Origin: Patescibacteria group bacterium
GTDB taxonomy: Bacteria > Patescibacteriota > Gracilibacteria > BD1-5 > UBA2023
Length of the DNA: 22,823 bases
Assembly (NCBI GenBank): GCA_049301335.1
Contig: JBAQKV010000030.1
Coordinates: 1 to 22,823 of the forward strand
Reading direction: 5' to 3'
Below are positions 13,965-22,823 of the stretch, in pieces. Numbering within the stretch: position 1 is the first letter of the stretch; each line of letters opens with the position of its first letter. Below the pieces are notes generated by a model that did not search any database, was not told the origin of the DNA, and saw nothing but the letters and a program-made list of their open reading frames with translations. Made by a program: the position numbers and the translations under genes.

Positions 13965-16900
13965 CTATTTCCTTACGATTTCGAACGATCCGCCCGCGTC
14001 GATCCAATGCCGGAGTTTGGAGAGAACGGCTTCGAGATCCTTCTTGGCGAGCGAACTACGGACGAACGGGACGGCGTTTTCGTATACGCGGGCGAGTTCC
14101 CCCGGACGGAACTCGTTCTTGCCGAAACTCTGCGAAATCCTCACGGCGACGCGGAAGATTCCGGGACGCTTGATGACGAACGATTCGCCGCCCACCGGGA
14201 AAAATCGGACGTATTGAACGTCGGAAACGTCGATTCCGGCCAACTCTTCGGCGACCGGACCGGTAAACGGATTGACGTCGGCGGCACCGTCTTGGGAAAC
14301 TTCGGAACCCGGGAACGGAAGGCGTCCGTCCGAGAAATTTTTCCAAGAGAATTCCTCAGACCATCCGCGCTTGACCGAACGTCCGTAGAGCTGTGAGAGG
14401 CCGATCATGAGCCCGCCGGTCACCATGAGGGCAAGCACTCGGACGCTGAGGTCGTCGACCCCGGCCCAAAGGTCGTAGAAGAGGATCTTCACGAGCATGT
14501 AGCTGCCTACGTAGAGACCGGCGGTACGGTATTTGGCCACGTCGGCGGAAACGCCCGCGAAAATGAGCGCCGAAGCGACGAGCGCGAGGTAGATGGTGAC
14601 GGCGAAGACGTTCTCGGAGAATACGCGGACGTACGCCGAAGTGACGAAGAGCGCCATGACGAGCGCGAAGGCCAGCGCGATGCGGCCTTCTTCGCGCTTC
14701 TTCGAGAAGTTCCAAGCGGAAAGCGCGACCACGGCGAGCGCGACGAGGTTCGCGGCCGCGGAGGTTTTATCAGCCTCGACCGCGCCGTATTGGACGAGCG
14801 TGAAGATTCCGGTAGCGAGAACGTAAGCGATACCCAGGAGTCCTTTTTCTTTTCCGTACGCGACGGAAGCCGCGAGGAAGAGGAACGATACCGCGAGGGT
14901 TTCGTAATCGGAAGCCACGACGCTAGTGAGCGCGAACGCCACGGCGACGGCACCGATACAATGCAAAACGTCGTAGGCGACCGCCCATCCGGTATCGCGC
15001 TTCTTCACGAAGAAAGCTCCGGCGAAGAGCGAGGCGGCGATGAGGGCGACGGTAACGAGCGCGGAGTAATTGCCGAAAGAAAGCGAGTCGAGAAACGGCA
15101 GGATCTTTACGAGACCGATGCCGAGAAGAACCGAGGATCCGGCGAGAAGGTGCGTATCCTTGGCTTTGGAATACAAAAACGCCAATACCGCGGATTCGAG
15201 GATCCATACGAACGAAACGACGCCCGGGGAATCGGCGAACACGACGGCGACGGCGAGCGAAAAGAGCGAAACCGGAACGGCCAATACTCCGTAAATTCCG
15301 TTTTTCGCGGAATCCGGAAGAGTGGAGAATTGGGAGAACGGCGCGTTCGCGATGAGGCGGGCGAGGGCAATGGAATAAACGGTGGAGAACGCGGCGACGC
15401 CGAGGTAGACGAACCCGAGCGTGACCATCGAACCTTCGTTCCCCGAGAACCAAAGGTCCTTTCCCAGATAGGCGATTTCTCCAGCGGCGAAGAGCGCTAC
15501 GACCGCCTTCTGTACGGCGAGCGCGAGCGAAGGCGTTCCGCGGGTGAGCGGAACCGATACGAACGGCACGGCGAGCGCAGCGGCGACGAAAAGCCCGAAC
15601 ATCGCCCATGAGAACCCCCACTGCGGCACGAGCACGAACGCGAGGAGTATCGCGCTCATGACGTTCGACATGAGCACGAGGAATTCGAGGCGTTTCCAAA
15701 CCGCGATGCCGGAAGAAAAGACGAAGAACGAAATTCCGGCGAGGGCGATCGCGAGGCGCTGCCCGTCAGGCATGGCGACCGGAGAGAGGTTCGAGAAGAT
15801 TCCGGAAAAGATCATGAATCCGCCGATGAGCGCGAAGAACGCGTAGCGGAACCAGGCGGAAAGCCGGTCGAGCACGAACGCCGAAGCCACTCCGTAGAGG
15901 AGGAAAATCGGCACGATGACGGCGGCGAACTGGTGCACGCCGAAAACCGCGAGCATCGCCGCGCCGAGCAGGAGCGGGATGAAGAGGGTCCAAGAGAGCA
16001 ACGCGCCTCCGGCGAACGCGGCGACCGAGAACGCCGAAAGGGCGAAGAGCGGCACGATGCCGAGGAAAATCGGAGCGACGGAGGTCGTTTTGGAAAGCAG
16101 GAGGAACAACGAAGCGTATCCGGCAGCGACGATGACGGCGGTTTTCGCGCCTCGGAAATTGCGGATGTCGACGACGGCGCCGATGACCGAAAGCAGGACG
16201 GAAATTCCCACGAAGACCGCGGTTTCCGTGGTCGAACGTACCGCGAAGGCGTTGATCATCCCCACGAGGAACGAACCGCCCACGACGACGTTCACCAGCC
16301 AGGAAGCGTCGGCATTGGATTCTTCGCCGCGTTTCGAGAGGATGCCAGCCAAGAGGTATCCGGCGGCGGTAAGGATGGCGTTATATCCGAGAAGCCCGTA
16401 CGGACCACGCGGTTCGGCACCCACCAAGAACGGGATGGCGTACCCGAAAGCGAACGAGAAGAGCAGGAAGGTGCGCGACGAATAGACCAGGGCCGTAGCG
16501 ACCGCGAAGGCCGTATTGAGCACGAGGAATCCCATCGTCACCGTGTCGGAAAGGTAGCCTTCTCCCCCGCCGACCATGAAGCGGCCGGAAAGGATGGTCA
16601 GGGCGTTGATGGCGATGCCTACGCCCAAAAGCGTCCGGGATTCCACGACGTGGCCACGGGAGTCCATCCATACGCCGATACCGTAGAGCGAAAACCCGAA
16701 CGCGAGGCCGATGAGGATTTTCCCCACCGGGCCGACTTCCTGCCAAACGAGGGAAAGGAAGAATACCGCGCCCAAAAACAGGAGCGTTCCACCGATTTTC
16801 GCGAGTGGACGGTCGGAGAAGAATTCCACGAACCAGTTCGGTTTTTCCGGTTCCGCGGGCACGACCGGACGCGGGGCACGAACCGGCGGTTGGACGGTTT

Positions 16901-17246
16901 CGAAGTATTCGGACTCCCGTTCGGCGGCAACGGAAAGGGATTCGAGCGTCGTCTCGTATTCGACGTCCGAAGCGGCAAGCGGTTCCGAAATGCGTTCGGT
17001 TTCTTTGCGAGCGGGTTCGCGTTCCGTTTTTTTAGCCGACCGGACTCCTTCGCCGAGGGCGGATTCGATGAAGTCCTTCGAAAGGAACGAAGCCCGGGCG
17101 ACCGCGGCGGAAATGAGGAAAATTATCCATCAGTATTCGAGGAACGATTCGGAAGGACGGGAAGTGAACCCGCAGAAGAAATACGCCACGAGGAAGCCGA
17201 CGATGACGCTGAGCATGATGGCGAACCGGTTGAGTACGTTGAACAT
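13965..17246 (-). CDS. very large polytopic membrane protein, DUF2339-like (1093 aa; in-frame TGA at 17130-17132)
   Basis: The 965-aa ORF 13965..16862 has a GTG track start. It extends upstream in frame through one TGA to ATG 17246 (MFNVLNRFAIMLSVIVGFLVAYFF...EY[G]WIIFLISAAV...). That region adds two N-terminal TMs and an acidic linker. More than 20 hydrophobic segments follow, organised as in DUF2339 proteins, and then a ~150-aa soluble C-terminal domain. Stop is TAG. Confidence 0.7.
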
Positions 17247-17273
17247 GGTGGGGAATTGAAGGATGCTTGCCGA

Positions 17274-18971
17274 TTATTTCGAAGACGGGGCTTTGCCCGA
17301 CATCGACCGGAGCAGAAGTCCGATGCCGGTAACGAACGCGAGCGCCACGATGGCGGCCAGCACGGAGAATACCGTGCGGTTCGATTCGAGGGGCCGGTCG
17401 TCTTTCGGGTCGCAGGCGTTGCCGATCTTGTCGCCGTCCACGTCTTTCTGCTCGGGGTCGTAGGCCGTGGGGCAATCGTCTTGGGAATCGTAGACTCCGT
17501 CGTAGTCGGTATCGGAACAGACGTCGCCCACTTTGTCGTTGTTCGAGTCTTTCTGATCGGCGTTGCTTACGGTGGGACAATTGTCGCGCCAGCCTTCGAT
17601 ACCGTCGCGGTCGGCGTCTTCGCACATGTCACCTTTGCCGTTGGAGTCGGAATCCTTCTGGTCGGAATTCACGAGCGCCGGACAGTTGTCGCACGAGTCG
17701 CCGATTCCGTCGGAATCGGAATCCTTCTGGTCGGCGTTGGCGATTTTCGGGCAGTTGTCGGCCGAATCGAGTTTTCCGTCCTTGTCGGTATCGTGGGTGG
17801 AGCGGTATTCGGCGTCGCGGTCGCAGACGTCTCACTTGCCGTTCTTATCGAGGTCGAGCTGGTCGTTGTTGGGAAGGTCGCAATTGTCGATGACGTCGCC
17901 GATGTTATCGCCGTCGCGGTCTGCCTGATCCGGGTTGGCCGCATGGATGGCGTTGTCGGTACCGTCGGGAACGCCATCTTTGTCGGAATCGAATTCGCAC
18001 GCGTCCCCCACCCCGTTGCGATTGAGGTCGGCCTGGTCGGCATTGGGAATTCCGGGACAGTTGTCGGCGTCTCAGAAAAAACCGTCGTGGTCTTCGTCGC
18101 TGCAGGCGTCGCCCCTTTCGTCGAAATTCCGGTCGGATTGGGTGGCGTTCGCGAGGTTCGGACAATTGTCGAGGGAGTCGGAAACCCCGTCCCCGTCGGA
18201 ATCCTGCCCGAAATGCGGGTTCGGTACGAATACCGGTTCTACCGGCTTATCCGAAGGCTTGAGTTTGTCGACGTCGGCGAATTTCGCGTCGCGTTCGGCA
18301 CGGAAAGCGAAAATCCCGGAGTCGTCGCAACGGTATCCGCGGTACGCCGAAACGGGCGAAGTCGAAGAAACTTTCACGAACACGGTATCCTTGGTCGCTT
18401 TTACGAACCGGAAAGATCGGATGGTCGTAATGGAATTCTGCTCCGGCGCTTTGGGGAACGTGAGTTTCACGGCCTTGGCGTCGAAACGGGAGACGGCGCG
18501 TTCGTCGGTCTCTAAAAACGTTTTTCCATCAGGGGAAACTTCTACCGAATACTGTCCTCCCACGATGTCCGAAAGGAGTCGGAAAGTTCCCCTCGGTTGG
18601 ACGGTATCGAATACGAACTCGAGCGACGCGGAACCTTCGGCCCTCACCGACGGCGGAACTTCGACGTAAGTGTCGCGGCTGGCGTCGGAAAGGTTCGAGA
18701 AAACCGCGCCGTTCCAATCCGGCGGATTGGCGAGTTTCGCGGGGATGTCCGCGTTGCGTACGACGTCTTTCGTAACGGAAGGCAGCGCTTCGCCGTTCTG
18801 CACGAAAAACAAATCGTCCCGCCAGTCGGTGGCGACCGTGACGTTCCCGGGCTGTTTGGGAGCGAATTCGGACGTCTCGACGAAACAGGACGATGGAAAG
18901 TCCGCGGCGAATGCCGGAACGGGCGCGAGCGCGACGAGCGCGCACGCGAGGAATTTCGGTTTAAAATCCAT
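17274..18971 (-). CDS. secreted, C-terminally anchored surface protein with thrombospondin type-3 Ca-binding repeats (565 aa; in-frame TGAs at 17832-17834 and 18072-18074)
   Basis: ORFs 18072..19040 and 17274..17672 plus the unlisted stretch between them form one frame, interrupted only by two TGAs. There is a signal peptide (MDFKPKFLACALVALAPVPAFA|AD). The ~240-aa beta-rich N-terminal domain is possibly discoidin-like (YSVEVSPDGKTF). About 9 repeats of D-x-D-x-D-G-x-G-D-x-C-D-N-C-P-x-x-x-N-x-D-Q follow, then a C-terminal TM (VFSVLAAIVALAFVTGIGLLL) with a basic tail. Stop is TAA. Confidence 0.85.
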
Positions 18972-18993
18972 GAGGAATCGGTTTATTTGGCGG

Positions 18994-19022
18994 ATAGTAT
19001 TCCAGAATGCGGCATTTCGCAA
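18994..19022 (-). promoter_or_regulatory. candidate promoter of the TSP3/DUF2339 operon (TTGCGA, 17 nt, TACTAT)
   Basis: On the minus strand, TTGCGA (19022-19017) and TACTAT (18999-18994) with a 17-nt spacer, about 22 nt upstream of ATG 18971. Confidence 0.4.
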
Positions 19023-19033
19023 TAAATCAGGAT

Positions 19034-19060
19034 TTGACAATCCTATTTTATTATTAGAAT
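19034..19060 (+). promoter_or_regulatory. promoter of small paralog P2 (TTGACAATC ... TAGAATC)
   Basis: TTGACA at 19034-19039 and TAGAAT at 19055-19060 with a 15-nt spacer, inside the perfect palindrome AGGATT-TGAC-AATCCT. The nonamer and spacing match the P1 promoter. Confidence 0.55.
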
Positions 19061-19107
19061 CCGAAACGGCAATCCTGCCGAGACACTAAGAAGAAAGGGT
19101 ACGCTTC

Positions 19108-19467
19108 ATGAAAAAGAACTCCGGCCGCCGCAAGAGCGTTCTGTTCACCTGCCGTGAAAATCCGGCTCCCGGCCAGAACTATGCCAGCCCCCACGTCCTG
19201 CTGCCGCGCTATGACGTTTCCAAGGTGAAGCTGGGCGTGCTGAACAACATCGGCAAGACCCCGCGCCTGCGCATTCCGCGGCACATGGAATACATCAAGG
19301 ACCTCAGCGAGGCCAACACCCGCATCCTCATCCAAGGGAGCGGCCACGGCCCGTCCTACGTGATCGCGCTCGACTGGGAAGTCATGTTCATGCTCGAACG
19401 CGCCGGTGCCGTTCGTCTGAAGGATTCCTACCGCCACGAGCTCATGGGCTCGCCCAAGGCATCCTGA
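19108..19467 (+). CDS. small basic protein, paralog P2 (119 aa to the TGA), possibly SpoVT/AbrB-like fold, function unknown
   Basis: ATG preceded by GAAAGGG. It is paralogous to P1 and B (see 11899 and 13345). The only stop-like codon is TGA (19465-19467), followed by a terminator. Leucine codons look richer in CTG than in neighbouring genes. Confidence 0.6.
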   Translation: MKKNSGRRKSVLFTCRENPAPGQNYASPHVLLPRYDVSKVKLGVLNNIGKTPRLRIPRHMEYIKDLSEANTRILIQGSGHGPSYVIALDWEVMFMLERAGAVRLKDSYRHELMGSPKAS

Positions 19468-19496
19468 CCGTCGCGTAAGCGATCGGTCTCGGGCCG

Positions 19497-19531
19497 AAAA
19501 GAAAACCCCCTCGCACGAGGGGGTTTTGATT
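19497..19531. terminator. bidirectional intrinsic terminator between P2 and ftsK
   Basis: AAAAGAAAACCCCCTC-gcac-GAGGGGGTTTT, a 7-bp GC stem. Confidence 0.75.
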
Positions 19532-19556
19532 TGCGTCCAAACGGGCGCGTTTTTCG

Positions 19557-21818
19557 TTATCCTATAACTTCCCTCGGCTTGCTTCCGTCGGCGGGTCCGA
19601 CGATACCGAGGCGTTCGAGAATGTCCATGACGCGCGCGGCGCGGCTGTAGCCGAGTCGCATATGGCGCTGGAGCATCGACGTGGAAGCCTTGCCCTGCGA
19701 ACGGACGAACGCGATGGCTTCTTCGAGGACCTTTGGGTCTTCGTCCATGCCTCCGTCGTTGCGTTCGAGACCGCCCTCGTTGTTCCCGCGGTCGCCTTCG
19801 ACGATCGACGGGTCGTAGAGGTCTTCGAGCATTTCCGGGTCGATGGTGAGCTTGATGCGATTGACCACGGATTCCACTTCTTCGGTACTGACGAACACGC
19901 CCTGTACGCGCTCCGGAGCCATCGAGCCGACCGGCGAGAAGAGCATGTCGCCCATGCCGAGGAGGTCTTCGGCGCCCTGGCGGTCGAGAACCGTGCGGGA
20001 GTCGACGAGCGACGCCACCGTGAACGCGATGCGGGACGGGATGTTCGCCTTGATGAGACCGGTGATGACGTCTACGGAAGGACGTTGCGTCGCGACCACC
20101 AAGTGCATTCCTGCGGCCCGGCCCATCTGCGCTATGCGGCAGATGGCGGCTTCGATTTCCTTCTTATTGCCCGACATCATGAAGTCGGCGAGTTCGTCGA
20201 TGATGACGACGATGACCGGTTCCCGCTTCTTCTTGTCGACCTTTTCGTTGAATTCGGCGATGTTGCGGACGCGCGCCGATTTGAAATTGTCGTAGCGGCG
20301 GATCATTTCGGCTACGGCCCATTTGAGCGCGTTCAATGCCTTGTCGGATTCGCTGATGACCGGGGTCAGAAGGTGCGGAATGCCGTCGTACACGCCGAGT
20401 TCGACGCGCTTGGGGTCGACCATGATCATGCGGAGGTCGGACGGCGAGTTCTTGTAGAGGAGCGAGAGGATGATGCCGTTCATACCGACGGACTTACCGG
20501 AACCGGTCTGCCCCGCGATGAGGAGGTGCGGCATCTTGGTGAGGTCCCCCACCACGAAGTCGCCGTTGATATCCTTCCCAAGGGCGTACGCGAGTTTGGA
20601 TTTATGGCTCTTGAAATTGCCGTGTTCGAGGACTTCGCGGATTCCCACCATGTCGCGTTTCTCGTTGGGAACTTCGATACCCACGAGCCCGACTCCCGGA
20701 ATCGGCGCCTGGATGCGGATCGACTTGGCCTTGAGGGCGAGGGTGAGGTCCTTCTTGAGGTTTTCGATCTTCGAAAGGCGCACGCCGTCGTTGGGATCAA
20801 GACGGTACTGTACGACCGTCGGTCCGGCCTTGTGGCCCGCCATTTCGACGCTGATGCCGAACTGGAGGAGCGTCTGCTTGATCATGAGCGACTTCTCTTT
20901 GATTTCGGATTCCGAAACGGTGTTCTTGTGCTCTACGTGGCTGAGGATGGAAGTCGGCGGAAATTCCCAAGTTCCGAAATCCGGGGAAGATTTCTTGGGA
21001 GCGTCATGCTTGGCGAGTTCGGCGATGCCGGTCTTGGGAACGGACTTCGCGTCTTCGGTTCCTTCGCCTTCCTCTTTTCCGAAGAAGTTCGCGAGGATGC
21101 TCTTGGGCTCCTTCTTGATGATGGGAATGTGCTTCGGAGCGTTGGCAATCGAAAGCTGCGACGGTTCGGGCTTTTCGACGGCCTTCTTTTCACGGTCGCG
21201 CTCCGCGCGGATCGCTTCGAGCTCCTTTTCGATCTTCTTGCGCTCGACGTCGTATTCGGCCTTGAGTTTCTTATCGACCTTCGGATCCTTCGAAGGCTTG
21301 TCGTCGGAACGGAATTCCTTCGCGACGGCCTTGACCGACTCTACGGACGGGAGTTTCGAATGGATGTGCGAAATGACCTTGCGGTACGAAATGCGGAGCG
21401 TGAGGTAGAGCGAGACGAGAAAGATGACTACGAGGAAAATCACCGCGGGCGAACGGCCGAAGAGGTCCTTGAAAACGTCGAAGAAATCGAGGTACCCGTT
21501 CCAAGCCGATGGGTTCCACATTTCCGAAAGCGAGGTAACGGAAATCCAGAACAGAAGGAGCCCGAAAAACCTCGCGAAATTCCACGAAAGGCGGTTTACG
21601 GCGATCATGGCGCCGATGGCAGCGACGATGGGTACGAAAAATTCGCGGTAACGCACGCCGAGCAGTTGTGAAAGGGCGCCTTCGAGAGCTCCGCCCACGA
21701 GCGAAGTCTTGTCGCCGAACATGACGAGCGCTGCCAAAAACAGCAAAAAACCTCCGAAGAAAAGGCTGCGGAGTTCTTGCCCGATTACGGGTCATTTCTG
21801 TTTTTTCTTTCTCGCCAT
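19557..21818 (-). CDS. ftsK: DNA translocase FtsK (753 aa; in-frame TGA at 21792-21794)
   Basis: The C-terminal motor carries Walker A (GQTGSGKS), Walker B (VVIIDELADFMM) and a gamma winged-helix domain (SMLQRHMRLGYSRAARVMDILERLGIVGP). There are N-terminal TM segments. The ORF-track start is an internal TTG. The frame extends through one TGA to ATG 21818 (MARKKKQK[G]PVIGQELRSLFFGGFLLFLAAL...). Stop is TAA. Confidence 0.95.
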
Positions 21819-21842
21819 GAACGGTTTCTGGTAGTCCACGGG

Positions 21843-21870
21843 ATTATACGCAAGCACCCCCCGGAAGCAA
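21843..21870 (-). promoter_or_regulatory. candidate ftsK promoter (TTGCTT, 16 nt, TATAAT)
   Basis: On the minus strand, TTGCTT (21870-21865) and a perfect TATAAT (21848-21843), which ends 24 nt upstream of ATG 21818. Confidence 0.5.
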
Positions 21871-21887
21871 AGGAAAGCGCATCCGGC

Positions 21888-21915
21888 TTGAAAAAACGGG
21901 GGTTTGGCGTATAAA
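21888..21915 (+). promoter_or_regulatory. candidate promoter (TTGAAA, 16 nt, TATAAA)
   Basis: TTGAAA at 21888-21893 and TATAAA at 21910-21915, upstream of ATG 21969. Confidence 0.45.
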
Positions 21916-21968
21916 TCTACCCGTTCGGGCGAACTCGTCCGAACCGCACAACCATTTTCAAAACGTCC

Positions 21969-22496
21969 ATGCTCAAATTCGTCGAATTCATCCAGAAGCG
22001 CCCGAAGGATCGCACCATCCGTTCGGTCCGCGCGGGATACGGCCTCGTCCTCGCCGCGCTCCTCGTCCTCGCGAACGCCGACTATTCCCTCCCCTACGCT
22101 TCCGTTCTCGGCGAACCCAACGCCACGTACGCCGAATACGCGCTCGCCGTACTCGTGCTGGTACCGGGCGCCGTAGCCGCCTTCGGATGGTGCGTAGCCA
22201 AGCGCAAGACCGTACGTCTCGCCCAGCTCGGCGGCGCGATCTTCCTCTTCGTTCTCGCTTCTTCCATCACTGCGACCCAGATCATGGCCCCGGCCGCTCC
22301 CGCGGCATCCGGCACCCTCAGCGCTTCCGAACTCGCAGGAGCCGCGACGGTCGCACCCGAAACCGAAGAACCCGTCGACGTATCCGGATGGCTCCGTCTT
22401 CTCGCCATCCTCCCCATCCTTTCGGCGGTTACCGGAAAAATGGTTACCGAAAAATGCCTCAAACACGGCGAAGTCATCAAAAAAATCCGCGTCTAG
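21969..22496 (+). CDS. membrane protein of unknown function (175 aa), possibly DUF2892/YgaP-like N-terminus
   Basis: ATG start and TAG stop. A basic N-terminus (KDRTIRSVRAGYGLVLAALLVL) is followed by hydrophobic helices and an Ala/Pro/Thr-rich linker. The family assignment is weak. Confidence 0.5.
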   Translation: MLKFVEFIQKRPKDRTIRSVRAGYGLVLAALLVLANADYSLPYASVLGEPNATYAEYALAVLVLVPGAVAAFGWCVAKRKTVRLAQLGGAIFLFVLASSITATQIMAPAAPAASGTLSASELAGAATVAPETEEPVDVSGWLRLLAILPILSAVTGKMVTEKCLKHGEVIKKIRV

Positions 22497-22506
22497 CGGA
22501 TTTTTT
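22479..22506 (+). terminator. intrinsic terminator whose loop contains the stop codon
   Basis: AAAAAAATCCGC-gtcta-GCGGATTTTTT. The TAG stop (22494-22496) lies in the loop. Confidence 0.65.
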
Positions 22507-22533
22507 CATACCTGCCATTTCGCGATAGTCGCC

Positions 22534-22562
22534 TTGACGGATTGCCCACTTCCAGCTATAAC
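22534..22562 (+). promoter_or_regulatory. candidate promoter (TTGACG, 17 nt, TATAAC)
   Basis: TTGACG at 22534-22539 and TATAAC at 22557-22562 with a 17-nt spacer, upstream of the last gene. Confidence 0.45.
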
Positions 22563-22619
22563 CGAAAAAGCGGACGTTCGCGTCCCGCGTATACAAATCT
22601 TTTTAGCAAGGAGCCCATC

Positions 22620-22823
22620 ATGCCACCAAGTTCCGGCAAATCCCGTTTCGGGAGCGCCGAGAAAGCGCTCCTCGTCATAATCCTTCTCGTTACGGGAATT
22701 TTTCCGTATTTCCCGATTACCGCCCACGGGGTGGTAAACTGGTACGTAACGGGTTTCGACGATCTGCTCATTTTCGCAGCCACGTTCCTCGCGGCTAAGA
22801 AAATCGGGCGTTCAAGCTACGCT
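22620..22823 (+). CDS. partial membrane protein (first 68 codons, continues past the window), possibly CadD-like transporter
   Basis: ATG 22620 is preceded by AAGGAG with a 7-nt spacer. The frame is open to the window end. Hydrophobic segments and NWYVTGFDDLLIFAATFL resemble the N-terminal T-x-x-D-D motif of the CadD family. It is absent from the ORF track because it has no stop within the window. Confidence 0.5.
   Translation, partial: MPPSSGKSRFGSAEKALLVIILLVTGIFPYFPITAHGVVNWYVTGFDDLLIFAATFLAAKKIGRSSYA

Noticed and set aside
12537-14396. 619-aa plus-strand ORF, the longest plus-strand ORF in this region
   Set aside because: The translation is Arg/Pro/Gly-rich low-complexity sequence (RRPRR..., GRRR...), typical of an off-frame read through GC-rich DNA. 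It overlaps, out of frame, the better-supported genes A and B and the antisense of the DUF2339-like gene. It also crosses a strong terminator at 13900-13933.
17274-18200. Periodic DNA repeats that could be taken for a CRISPR array or tandem repeat
   Set aside because: The periodicity is coding. It corresponds to the thrombospondin type-3 repeat units of one continuous ORF. There are no unique spacers between identical direct repeats.
15933-18515. 860-aa plus-strand ORF
   Set aside because: It is the antisense shadow of the DUF2339-like and TSP3 genes. It has no recognisable motifs and a repetitive V/G/R/E composition that mirrors the opposite-strand codons.
19662-21671. 669-aa plus-strand ORF
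   Set aside because: It is antisense to ftsK, whose minus-strand product has unambiguous Walker A/B and gamma-domain motifs. The plus-strand product is low-complexity (D/E/R/G/V-rich).
596-21794. Reading the interrupted genes as pseudogenes, frameshifts, selenocysteine sites or TGA=Trp (table 4)
   Set aside because: The frame is always preserved across the TGA and TGA is the only interrupting codon. The affected genes include essential ones (ftsK, tsaE). The aligned positions are invariant Gly (P-loop, FGE motif, TSP3 G-D), not Trp or Cys/Sec positions, and no SECIS-like context is needed to explain them.

Overview
GC-rich, densely packed 22.8 kb chromosomal window. Its main property is that TGA is read as a sense codon. 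Thirteen in-frame TGAs interrupt 11 otherwise intact genes, several at invariant glycine positions (TsaE P-loop, cNMP-binding FGE motif, thrombospondin type-3 repeats). All confidently called genes stop on TAA or TAG. This is the signature of translation table 25 (Gracilibacteria/Absconditabacteria-type CPR bacteria), so I re-joined the standard-code ORF track fragments accordingly. Content from left to right: a possible ~200-nt small RNA; tRNA-Ala(GGC); a cNMP-binding protein; tRNA-Ser(GGA); a KH/R3H (Jag-like) protein; and a membrane-anchored protein of unknown function. A 5 kb minus-strand type IV pilus-like operon follows (PilN-like, PilO-like, PilC, three prepilin-type pseudopilins, one PilX-like protein). 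Next are tsaE (apparently leaderless), a minus-strand hrcA / murA / small membrane protein / PrsW-like protease block, and a cluster of independently promoted orphan genes. Then come a minus-strand pair encoding a TSP3-repeat surface protein and a 1093-aa DUF2339-like membrane protein, followed by ftsK, a small membrane protein and a partial CadD-like gene. The most unusual material is a family of three small basic paralogous proteins (11899-12234, 13345-13884, 19108-19467) plus an orphan 308-aa gene, which share near-identical promoter modules. Two of the paralogs have TGA as their only stop-like codon, followed by an intrinsic terminator with no in-frame TAA/TAG before it, which conflicts with the TGA=Gly decoding seen elsewhere. 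No CRISPR array, rRNA, transposase or integrase was seen.
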